Source: Acidimicrobiia bacterium | Lineage (GTDB): Bacteria > Actinomycetota > Acidimicrobiia > Spongiisociales > UBA5794 | Direction of reading: 5' to 3' | Length of the DNA: 64,000 nt | Assembly (NCBI GenBank): GCA_030066265.1 | Contig: JASJCF010000005.1 | Location: 414 to 64,413, forward strand | Part shown: positions 18,761-30,205 of the stretch, in pieces | How the letters are laid out: every line of letters begins with the position of its first letter | How positions within the stretch are numbered: the first letter of the stretch is position 1 | Program-made: the position numbers and the translations under genes | Notes under the pieces: model-generated | Seen by the model: the letters and a program-made list of their open reading frames with translations, nothing else | The model's database searches: none | Told to the model about the DNA's origin: nothing

Positions 18761-20341
18761 TCAGCGCTCCACCAGTTGCATACGGCGGTTGAAGTAGTTC
18801 ACGATGGCCGAGATGATCAGGCTGCCCGTCAGGAAGAACGCCATCCACACACTGACGACGGGAAGCGACTGGCCGGTCTGGTTGATGATGGTGGTGCCCA
18901 CCGCCACGATGTCTGCGTACGCAACGGCGAGTCCCAGGGACGTGTTCTTGAAGAGGTTGAGGTACTGGTTCCCCAGTGGCGGGAGGATGATGCGGAATGC
19001 CTGCGGGAGGATGATCTGGCGCAGGTACTGACTGCGCTTCAGGCCGACGGCTTGCGCCGCCTCGGTCTGACCCTTCGGCACGGCCAGGATGCCGCCACGG
19101 ACGATCTCGGCGATGAATGCTGCGGTGTAGAGCGTCACACCGGTCCAGATGGCGAAGAAGGGCACCGTGAGGACCATGCCGGTCTCGCCGTACTGTGGGA
19201 TCTCGGCCGTGCCCCTGAGAATGACTGCGGCCTTCTCGAATACCAGCGGGCCTCCCGAACGTTGACCCTCGACCACCGTGTTGTAGTTCTCGGTCGAGAA
19301 GCTGCCGGCGAGCCATCCGAAGAAGTTCGCGATTCCATCGAGGATCAACTCGGCGACCGTCAGCTGCTCCCCGGAGATGGTGCGGATTTCGAATCCGCTC
19401 ACGACGAACGCGAGCAGGGCCACGACGATGCCGGAGAACCCGACGAAGATGACCCGGAACCAATCGTCGTCGGTCATCTTCCCGAACCCCGCCGGTGTTC
19501 GCCGCGACTCGAAGAAGTTGCGAATCCACAGTGCCGCACCGGCGATGGCGGCGATCGCCACCACGATCGGCACGATGACAGCCGGCAGGTCACGGATCAG
19601 GTCCGACACCCAGTCGAACACCGGCTCGAGCCAACCGAAGATCGGCCACGCGAACCACCCGACGACTGCGAAGAGCACGACCACGGCGAAGGCGTACCGT
19701 CCCCCGTGGCCGGGGTTCCCAGTCTCTTCTTGGTATCGCATACGGCGTTTCGAAACCCAGCGGCCGACAGCAATGCCGACCACGACGAAGATCAGCCAGG
19801 GCCAGAATCCGCCATCGGGGAAGATCCATGCGAAAGCGAAGCCCTTGTTCGAGGCCTTGAACCAATACTCCCCGACGTCGTCCGCCGTGAGTTCCGGGAG
19901 CCCGATGGCCAGGGCCGACCAGAAGAAGATCTGGACGAGGAGGGGGATGTTGCGGATCGTCTCGATGTAGACGACAGCAATCCGGTTGACGATCCAGTTG
20001 CTCGACAGCCGCGCGATGCCGATGATCGTGCCGAGAATCGTGGCGACGATGATGCCCGAGATGGCCACGCGGAGCGTGTTCATCATGCCGACGGTGAGTG
20101 CCCGAACGCCGGAGTCCGGGCTCGTGTCGATCCCCTCTCGAATCTGCACGCCGGTGGGATCAGAGAGCCAATCCCAACCGAAGGAGACATTGGAGGCGGT
20201 GAAGTTGGATGACGCCGTCTGGGCCAAGGTCACGAACACCACGATGACCGCGATCAGCACGAGGATCTGCGCACCCCACTTGAGGACTGCCGCGTTGCGC
20301 CACAGGGGCGTGCGCTGGTGCTGTCGAACCTCGACGGTCAT
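18761..20341 (-). CDS. aapQ: Amino-acid ABC transporter permease
   Basis: Contains YIETIRNIPLLVQIFFW and ...EAAQAVGLKRSQYLRQIILPQAFRIILPPLGNQYLNLFKNTSL. SD gaggaagg lies upstream. Its stop is 1 nt from the aapM start. Confidence 0.85.
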   Translation of the reverse strand: MTVEVRQHQRTPLWRNAAVLKWGAQILVLIAVIVVFVTLAQTASSNFTASNVSFGWDWLSDPTGVQIREGIDTSPDSGVRALTVGMMNTLRVAISGIIVATILGTIIGIARLSSNWIVNRIAVVYIETIRNIPLLVQIFFWSALAIGLPELTADDVGEYWFKASNKGFAFAWIFPDGGFWPWLIFVVVGIAVGRWVSKRRMRYQEETGNPGHGGRYAFAVVVLFAVVGWFAWPIFGWLEPVFDWVSDLIRDLPAVIVPIVVAIAAIAGAALWIRNFFESRRTPAGFGKMTDDDWFRVIFVGFSGIVVALLAFVVSGFEIRTISGEQLTVAELILDGIANFFGWLAGSFSTENYNTVVEGQRSGGPLVFEKAAVILRGTAEIPQYGETGMVLTVPFFAIWTGVTLYTAAFIAEIVRGGILAVPKGQTEAAQAVGLKRSQYLRQIILPQAFRIILPPLGNQYLNLFKNTSLGLAVAYADIVAVGTTIINQTGQSLPVVSVWMAFFLTGSLIISAIVNYFNRRMQLVER

Positions 20342-20431
20342 GTGCCTTCCTCAGCCGCGGGCCTCCATCCGCCCGCTGCGGAGGCACCATAGACGGAAGC
20401 CCCCCCGCTTTGCAGGGAAAATGCTGCGCCT

Positions 20432-20688
20432 TCAGCTCTGAGCGGTGAGCGGTAAGCCAATGGGCCGAGGAGCCGGGAGTGAGTCTCGAGTCTCGAGTCT
20501 CGAGTCTCGAGTTCTGAGCCTTGAGCCTTGAGCCAAGAAGCTCAGGAGCTGAGGAGCTGGGAGTGAGTCTCGAGTCCCGAGTTCTGAGCCTTGAGCCACG
20601 AAACTGAGGAGCTGAGAAGCCAGGGAGCTGAGGAGCTGGCAGGGAGTCTCGAGTCCCGAGTCCCGAGTCTCGAGTTCCTCGATCAGAC
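20432..20688. repeat. Composite STR array (heptamer/octamer units in ~80-nt higher-order modules)
   Basis: (gagtctc)n / gagtccc / gagttct, then (gagcctt)n, then gagccaagaa, then (gctgagga)n. This series occurs about 2.5 times and fills most of the aapQ / four-helix-bundle intergenic region. Confidence 0.95.
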
Positions 20689-20727
20689 CCCTTCCTTGCA
20701 ACGGCAAGCTGCGGTACGACTCGCCTC

Positions 20728-21087
20728 ATGCAGAACTTCAAGAAGCTGAGTGTCTGGAGAAAGGCCATGGAGGCCTCACGGGAGTGCTACGCAGTGACCG
20801 CCGGATTCCCAGCCGCAGAGCGGTTCGGTCTTCAGGCCCAGATGCGGCGGGCCGCTGTTTCGATTCCCAGCAATATCGCTGAGGGCAGCGGCCGCAGATC
20901 AAGTAAAGACTTCGTGCGCTTCCTGAGAATCGCCTACGGATCCTCTTGTGAACTCGAAACCCAGGCTCTGCTCGCGATCAGCCTCGAGTTCGGCGACGAA
21001 GCCGAGCTCCAGAAACTGCTGGCGGCGGTTGACGAGGTCCAGCGGATGCTGAGCACCCTCATCGACAGAGTGACCGGTGCGAGCTGA
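20728..21087 (+). CDS. Four-helix-bundle protein (23S rRNA intervening-sequence protein / Avd family)
   Basis: 119 aa. MQNFKKLSVWRKAMEASRECY...FPAAERFGLQAQMRRAAVSIPSNIAEGSGRRSSKDFVRFLRIAYGSSCELETQ is the family signature. It lies on the strand opposite to the surrounding aap genes. Confidence 0.9.
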   Translation: MQNFKKLSVWRKAMEASRECYAVTAGFPAAERFGLQAQMRRAAVSIPSNIAEGSGRRSSKDFVRFLRIAYGSSCELETQALLAISLEFGDEAELQKLLAAVDEVQRMLSTLIDRVTGAS

Positions 21088-21090
21088 ACT

Positions 21091-21145
21091 TCGAGCACGA
21101 GAACTCGGGACTCGAGACTCGGGACTCGAGACTCGGGACTCGAAG
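21091..21145. repeat. STR array in inverted orientation relative to 20432-20688
   Basis: tcgagcacgagaactcgggactcgagactcgggactcgagactcgggactcgaag, which is the reverse complement of a (gagtccc/gagtctc)n array. Confidence 0.9.
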
Positions 21146-21157
21146 CCTCCAAGACGA

Positions 21158-21189
21158 GAAGAAGGGCCGCCCGAGGGCGGCCCTTCTTT
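21158..21189. terminator. Bidirectional intrinsic terminator
   Basis: gaagaagggccgcc-cgag-ggcggcccttcttt. A 13-14 bp GC-rich stem with T-rich flanks on both strands, lying between the convergent four-helix-bundle gene and aapJ. Confidence 0.75.
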
Positions 21190-21209
21190 CGAGTTGCTAC
21201 TGGCTTCGC

Positions 21210-25110
<3,901 letters not shown>

Positions 25111-25126
25111 GATCGAGGGAGTATCG

Positions 25127-25573
25127 ATGAAGGTCGCGATCCTGATGGGTTCCGAGAAGGACATGCCGAAGATGCAGCCGTGCGCCGACGTGCTCGCAGA
25201 TTTCGGAATCGAACACGAGGTCCACGTCATGTCAGCCCACCGCACGCCGGAGCGGGTCGCCGAATTCGTCTCGGGCGCCCGAGAGGCCGGCTTCGGTGTT
25301 CTCGTGTGTGGCGCCGGCAAGGCCGCGCACCTGGCCGGGGCAGCGGCTGCTCATTCGACCCTCCCGGTGATCGGTGTGCCGATCGCGGCAGGCGGCATGG
25401 GCGGCGTCGACGCGCTCTACTCGACCGTCCAGATGCCCACGGGCATCCCCGTCGCCACGGTGGCCATCGACGGGGCGGCGAACGCCGGCTATCTCGCGGC
25501 ATCCATCCTCTCGGTCACGGATGAGGACGTCGCAACGAAACTCGCCGGCTACCGCGACCAGCTGAAGGGATGA
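25127..25573 (+). CDS. purE: N5-carboxyaminoimidazole ribonucleotide mutase (class I PurE)
   Basis: VAILMGSEKDMP...HVMSAHRTPE...GAGKAAHLAG...PVIGVPI. The AAHL(A/P)G motif suggests class I. No purK is present in the window. Confidence 0.9.
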   Translation: MKVAILMGSEKDMPKMQPCADVLADFGIEHEVHVMSAHRTPERVAEFVSGAREAGFGVLVCGAGKAAHLAGAAAAHSTLPVIGVPIAAGGMGGVDALYSTVQMPTGIPVATVAIDGAANAGYLAASILSVTDEDVATKLAGYRDQLKG

Positions 25574-26868
25574 TCCCTCGGTACTCCACACCGGAGATGA
25601 CCGAGCTGTGGTCTGAGGCCAACAAGCTCGCCGTGTGGAAGGAGATCGAGGCGCTGGTCGTCGAGGCCTGGGCGGAGCTCGACGTCGCTCCGGCAGAAGC
25701 AGCAGCAGCGGTGTGGGCCGCGCCTGAGGTGGATCCCGACGAGTGGAAGGAAAGAGAACGCGTCACCAACCACGACGTGGCGGCGTTCGTGGACCTCTTG
25801 GCTGCATCGACGTCCACCGGCGGGGAGTGGGTGCACTACGGCCTCACGTCCTCCGACGTGCTCGACACGGCGACAGGTGTTCTCCTCCGAGACGCAGGCG
25901 GACTCCTCCTCGAGGCGCTCGCGACACTGCATGCCACAGTGAAGCGTCGCGCCTTCGAGTTCCGCGACGATCCAATGGTGGGGAGGACGCACGGGATCTG
26001 GGCGGAGCCCACTTCGTTCGGCTTGAAGCTGGCGACCTGGGCCTTCGAGATCGAGCGAGACCACGATCGGCTCGTCGATGCCGTGAACGGTGTTGCCGTG
26101 GGGGCGATCTCGGGTGCCGTGGGCACCTACGCCCACACGCCTCCATCCATCGAGTTGTTCGTCTGCGATCGGCTCGGACTCAACGTCGAGCCTGCCTCGA
26201 CGCAGGTGGTGGCCAGGGACCGCCATGCGCACTTCCTGTCGGTTCTGGCGCTCATCGGTTCGTCCATCGAGCGGTTCGCCACCGAGATCCGCCATCTGCA
26301 GCGCTCCGAGGTGGGCGAAGCTCGCGAAGCGTTCCGGGAGGGCCAGAAGGGGTCGTCGGCGATGCCGCACAAACGCAATCCGATCGCCACGGAGAATCTG
26401 ACCGGTGCGGCGAGGCTGCTTCGGGGTTATGCCTCTGCCGGTCTCGAGAACGTCGCCCTGTGGCATGAACGGGACATCTCACACTCGTCCGTCGAGCGAG
26501 TGGTGCTGCCAGATGCGACGACGTTGCTCCACTACGCCCTGCAGCGCCTCACCGGGGTGATCGATCGCCTGGTGGTGGACACGGACCGGATGCTCGCCAA
26601 CCTCCAAGCCACGAGGGGGCTCGTGTTCAGCCAAGCCGTGCTGTTGGAGTTGATCGACACCGGCATGTCCCGTGACGAGGCGTATCGCATCGTCCAACGC
26701 AACGCTCTGGCGACCTGGGATGAGGGCGGCACCCTGCGCGAGCGCCTCGAGCGCGACGACGAGGTGACACTCGACGCCGCCACCCTCGAACGGTGCTTCA
26801 GCCCGGAGCGGTTCCTGGAGAACGCCGACATCGTCTTCGAGCGCCTGGAACAGTCTGTTCTTGCGTAG
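25570..26868 (+). CDS. purB: Adenylosuccinate lyase
   Basis: MIPRYSTPEM...GLTSSDVLDT...GSSAMPHKRNPI. ATGA overlap with purE. The last codons and the TAG lie inside palindromic element A. Confidence 0.95.
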   Translation: MIPRYSTPEMTELWSEANKLAVWKEIEALVVEAWAELDVAPAEAAAAVWAAPEVDPDEWKERERVTNHDVAAFVDLLAASTSTGGEWVHYGLTSSDVLDTATGVLLRDAGGLLLEALATLHATVKRRAFEFRDDPMVGRTHGIWAEPTSFGLKLATWAFEIERDHDRLVDAVNGVAVGAISGAVGTYAHTPPSIELFVCDRLGLNVEPASTQVVARDRHAHFLSVLALIGSSIERFATEIRHLQRSEVGEAREAFREGQKGSSAMPHKRNPIATENLTGAARLLRGYASAGLENVALWHERDISHSSVERVVLPDATTLLHYALQRLTGVIDRLVVDTDRMLANLQATRGLVFSQAVLLELIDTGMSRDEAYRIVQRNALATWDEGGTLRERLERDDEVTLDAATLERCFSPERFLENADIVFERLEQSVLA

Positions 26869-26906
26869 GGCATGCCCGCGTTCGCGGGCACCCCTTACGC
26901 AAGAAC
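26857..26906. repeat. Palindromic intergenic element, copy A
   Basis: GTTCTTGCGTAG-ggcatgcccgcgttcgcgggcacccc-TTACGCAAGAAC. The outer arms are 12-nt inverted repeats and the core is a GC-rich hairpin. Confidence 0.9.
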
Positions 26907-27809
26907 GGATCGAAGGGTCGAAATCGCCTGATCCGGACGGTGTGTGACGTCCGACCATGTGAACCGGAGGGTGCGCCAACCGAGGGCCTGCGTGCGGTTC
27001 TGCTTCTCACGATCCAACTGGAAGTCGCGACCGTCGGAGTGGTACGCACGACCATCCAGTTCGATGAGGAGAGCACGATCCGGGTAGGCGAAGTCCGCTC
27101 GGCACACGAATGTACCCCTCGGATCGAAGACCTCGTACTGCGGAATGGGCAGGCGTACGGCTCGCTCGTGGAGCACTCGAAGAAAGCGGTCCTCGAGGAC
27201 GCTCTGGGTCCGCCCATCGGACTCGAGGTGCACAGCGAGGAATGGCCGAATGACACCCACTCCCCTCCGACCTCGGCGCTGAACGCGCTTCACGAAGGCC
27301 GCCACCTCGCCGAACGTGAAGACGCCCCGACGCAGACCCTCGCTCAAGGCTCCCTCGACCAGCCACGGGCTCGTGGCACCGAGGTCGACGACTGTCCGGG
27401 CCGGATGCGTGAGCGGCAGGCCATCGATCACAATGCGATCGTGGTCCTCGAGGTCCAGCGACTCGTGGACCACGCACGACGTGCGATGCTCCCGCCGCCA
27501 ACGCCGCACCACGATGTGGATCGAGCGCGGGGCATGCTTGATCAGGCCCCATTCGTGGGCCGCTGTGTCGTGAGAGGCCACCGCCTCCGGCCCCACGCTG
27601 AGGATCTCCGCCAAGGTGTCCTGCCGCTCGAATCTCGGTGTGCCGGCGAAGCACAGGACGCTGTGTCTGCGGTGGACCAGCATTCCGCGTTGAATCCGTC
27701 GACCGATCGCAGAGTCCGTGAGGCCCGACCGACGGAGCTGATCGCGGTGTACCAATCCGAGTTGTGATTCGGCGATGTCGGCTGCCGCAGCGTCGGCTTC
27801 TGTCCACAC
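26895..27809 (-). CDS. DUF559 (Vsr/restriction-endonuclease-like fold) protein with AbiEi_4-like N-terminal domain
   Basis: N-terminus GLVHRDQLRRSGLTDSAIGRRIQRGMLV. C-terminus FVCRADFAYPDRALLIELDGRAYHSD...DREKQNRTQALGWRTLRFTW (DUF559 pattern). GTG start. The stop TAA is inside the right arm of element A. Confidence 0.8.
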   Translation of the reverse strand: MWTEADAAAADIAESQLGLVHRDQLRRSGLTDSAIGRRIQRGMLVHRRHSVLCFAGTPRFERQDTLAEILSVGPEAVASHDTAAHEWGLIKHAPRSIHIVVRRWRREHRTSCVVHESLDLEDHDRIVIDGLPLTHPARTVVDLGATSPWLVEGALSEGLRRGVFTFGEVAAFVKRVQRRGRRGVGVIRPFLAVHLESDGRTQSVLEDRFLRVLHERAVRLPIPQYEVFDPRGTFVCRADFAYPDRALLIELDGRAYHSDGRDFQLDREKQNRTQALGWRTLRFTWSDVTHRPDQAISTLRSVLA

Positions 27810-27853
27810 GCCCCAACCGTGTCAACGATCGGGTCGCAGATGAAGACCCCTGT

Positions 27854-27903
27854 GTTCTTGCGTAGCCGGTGCCCGGACGCGCGGGCACGCCCTACGCAAG
27901 AAC
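27854..27903. repeat. Palindromic intergenic element, copy B
   Basis: GTTCTTGCGTAG-ccggtgcccggacgcgcgggcacgcc-CTACGCAAGAAC. Confidence 0.9.
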
Positions 27904-27907
27904 GGAT

Positions 27908-28318
27908 TCACTGGTTCTGCATGTGGTGGGCGAGCGCGGTGATCCGGTCATCGAGGAAGGCTCGGATGTCGCCATCGACGCCGTTGCGATCCAGGGCTGT
28001 CGCCATGCAGGCGAGCCACTGCTCCACTTCGTCCGCACCGATCGCAAAGGGGAGATGACGCATCCGCATCCTGGGATGGCCCCGGCTCGGGGTGTATCGG
28101 GCTGGGCCGCCGGTCCACTCGACGAGGTACGCATGCAGCTTGTCGCGCGACACCGAGTCATCTCTCGGCAACATGGCGCGCAGCGTCGGGGCTTCCCGCT
28201 CGATCTCGTCGTAGAAGTCGTCGACGATCGCACGGATGCGATCTTCGCCACCGAGCGCCTCATACGGCGTCGGCTCCGGCCCCCATGGATTCGCCGCCGG
28301 GTTCGCCTCACTGGCCAT
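27908..28318 (-). CDS. glbO: Group II truncated haemoglobin (trHbO)
   Basis: YEALGGEDRIRAIVDDFYDEI...LHAYLVEWTGGPARYTPSRGHPRMRMRHLPFAIG...WLACM aligns by eye with mycobacterial GlbO. ATG 28318 is preferred, with GTG 28348 as an alternative. Confidence 0.8.
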   Translation of the reverse strand: MASEANPAANPWGPEPTPYEALGGEDRIRAIVDDFYDEIEREAPTLRAMLPRDDSVSRDKLHAYLVEWTGGPARYTPSRGHPRMRMRHLPFAIGADEVEQWLACMATALDRNGVDGDIRAFLDDRITALAHHMQNQ

Positions 28319-28377
28319 AGCGCGCAGGCTAGGTGCGGAGAACGTCACCGAGCCCGCCCGTCGCTAGCATCGCCACC

Positions 28378-29268
28378 GTGCCGGCGCTGGAACACATCGG
28401 GTCCGGGAAGGTCCGCGAGATCTTCCGCATCGACGACGACCACCTCCTCATCGTGGCGTCAGACAGGATCTCGGCATTCGACGTCGTGCTGGATCAACCC
28501 ATCCCCCACAAGGGTCAGGTGTTGACCGGCGTCTCGCTTCATTGGTTCGACCTGCTCGACACGCCACACCATCTCGTATCGGCCGACACCGCTGAGATGG
28601 GCTTCCTGTCCTCCGAGCAGCAGCGCGACTTCGCCGGCCGCGCCATGCTCGTGCACGCGGCGACGGTCATCCCGATGGAGTGCGTGATCCGGGGCTACCT
28701 CTACGGCTCGAGTTGGAAGGAGTACGAATCGGGCGGCGGGCCGACGACCGAGCACCTTCCTGAGGGTCTCCAGATGGCGAGCAAGCTCTCCGAGCCGATC
28801 TTCACTCCCGCCACGAAGGCCGAGGACGGCCACGACGAGAACCTCACGGAAGCCGAGGCCAGGGCGCTCGTGGGCGATGCGCTCTACGAGGAGCTGCGCA
28901 CGCGGTCGATGGGGATCTACGAGACCGGCGCCGACTACGCATCCGAACGGGGAATCATCCTCGCCGACACGAAGTTCGAGTTCGGGCGCAAGGACGGCGA
29001 AATCATCCTCATCGACGAGGTCCTCACCCCCGACAGCTCCCGGTACTGGCCCGTCGACTCCTGGGCTGAAGGGGCGGTGATGCCGTCGTTCGACAAGCAA
29101 CCCGTCCGTGACTGGCTCGAGGAACAAGACGGGTGGGACAAGCAGCCGCCTGCGCCCGCGATGCCTGATGACATCGTCCAGTTGACCTCCGATCGTTACA
29201 TCGACGCCTACGAGCGGTTGACCGGGAAGAGCTTCTCCGACTATCTCTCCGAGGCAGGTGCGGAGTGA
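28378..29268 (+). CDS. purC: SAICAR synthase
   Basis: LEHIGSGKVREIF...IVASDRISAFDVVL...ADTKFEFG. GTG 28378 chosen, so the start is uncertain; the track start is 28333. Confidence 0.9.
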   Translation: MPALEHIGSGKVREIFRIDDDHLLIVASDRISAFDVVLDQPIPHKGQVLTGVSLHWFDLLDTPHHLVSADTAEMGFLSSEQQRDFAGRAMLVHAATVIPMECVIRGYLYGSSWKEYESGGGPTTEHLPEGLQMASKLSEPIFTPATKAEDGHDENLTEAEARALVGDALYEELRTRSMGIYETGADYASERGIILADTKFEFGRKDGEIILIDEVLTPDSSRYWPVDSWAEGAVMPSFDKQPVRDWLEEQDGWDKQPPAPAMPDDIVQLTSDRYIDAYERLTGKSFSDYLSEAGAE

Positions 29269-29516
29269 CCGCATTCCGGTATCGGGTGACCATCAACCGC
29301 AAACGAGGGCTCTCCGATCCCGAAGGTGCGACGACCCGCAAGGCACTCCAGGACCTCGGCTTCATATCGGTGGAGTCCGTCTCGTTCGGTCGCATCCTCG
29401 ACCTCGAGGTCGACAGCAGCGACGCCGAAACCGCGCAGGCCGAGGTCGAGGCCATGTGTGCAAAGCTCCTCGCCAACCCGGTGATGGAAGACTTCACGAT
29501 CGAGGCGGTGTCGTGA
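29265..29516 (+). CDS. purS: FGAM synthase subunit PurS
   Basis: 83 aa. RYRVTINRKRGLSDPEGATTRKALQDLGF...LLANPVMEDFTIE. The GTG start overlaps the purC stop. Confidence 0.9.
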   Translation: MTAFRYRVTINRKRGLSDPEGATTRKALQDLGFISVESVSFGRILDLEVDSSDAETAQAEVEAMCAKLLANPVMEDFTIEAVS

Positions 29517-30205
29517 CGGTCGCCGTGGTGGTGTTTCCCGGCACGAACTGCGAACACGACATCGTCCACGCGCTCGACCTCGCAGGCGCCGAATCCGAGC
29601 TCGTGTGGCACACCGACACCGACCTCTCAGGTGCGATGGGCGTGGTCCTGCCGGGAGGATTCGCTCACGGTGACTACCTTCGCACGGGCGCCATCGCCAG
29701 ATTCTCTCCCATCATGGCCGAGGTGGAACGCCTCGCCATCGAGGGGACGCCGACGCTCGGCATCTGCAACGGATTCCAGATCCTGTGCGAGGCAGGCCTC
29801 CTCCCGGGAGCGCTCGTCGCCAACCGCGACCTCGCCTTCATCTGCAAGCCCGTCCACCTTCGGGTGGAGTCCACTGAGAGCATTCTGACCCGCAGTGCAA
29901 CGGTCGGGCAGGTCCTCGAGATCCCGCTGAACTCGTACGAGGGCAACTATGTGGCGGCAGACCTCGACGCCATCGAGGCAGACGGCGACGTGATCCTGCG
30001 CTACTGCGACGCCACCGGCCGCAGCGACGAGACCTCGAATCCGAACGGTTCGATGAATGCCATCGCCGGCATCACCAATCGAGGGCGAAACGTCGCCGGC
30101 CTCATGCCGCATCCCGAGCGGGCATCCGAGTCGATCCTCGGATCCGAGGACGGGATGGTGTTGATCGAGAGCTTCGTCGCTTCGCTGACGGTGCCCGCGA
30201 CATGA
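29513..30205 (+). CDS. purQ: FGAM synthase glutaminase subunit PurQ
   Basis: VAVVVFPGTNCEHD...GICNGFQIL...MPHPER. GTGA overlap with purS. Confidence 0.9.
   Translation: MTVAVVVFPGTNCEHDIVHALDLAGAESELVWHTDTDLSGAMGVVLPGGFAHGDYLRTGAIARFSPIMAEVERLAIEGTPTLGICNGFQILCEAGLLPGALVANRDLAFICKPVHLRVESTESILTRSATVGQVLEIPLNSYEGNYVAADLDAIEADGDVILRYCDATGRSDETSNPNGSMNAIAGITNRGRNVAGLMPHPERASESILGSEDGMVLIESFVASLTVPAT

Noticed and set aside
20432-20688. Tandem-repeat arrays considered as a possible CRISPR array
   Set aside because: The period is only 7-8 nt, with no unique spacers of 25-40 nt. No cas genes are in the window. They are reported as short tandem repeats instead.
20160-20768. ORFs translating the repeat arrays (20160..20768 minus, 20432..20707 minus, 2112..2426 plus; 'LETRDSRLETRDS', 'SSAPQLLSSSAPQLL')
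   Set aside because: The open frames are a by-product of stop-free repeat units. They overlap real genes at their ends and have no start context.
20728-21087. Four-helix-bundle gene as part of a diversity-generating retroelement (Avd) or of a 23S rRNA intervening sequence
   Set aside because: The window contains no reverse transcriptase, no template/variable repeat pair and no rRNA sequence. Only the stand-alone gene with flanking STRs is supported.
26857-27903. DUF559 cassette considered as an insertion sequence or transposon
   Set aside because: It has no transposase or integrase and no identifiable target-site duplication. The flanking elements are self-palindromes rather than a terminal inverted-repeat pair. 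Mobility is kept only as an inference in the findings.
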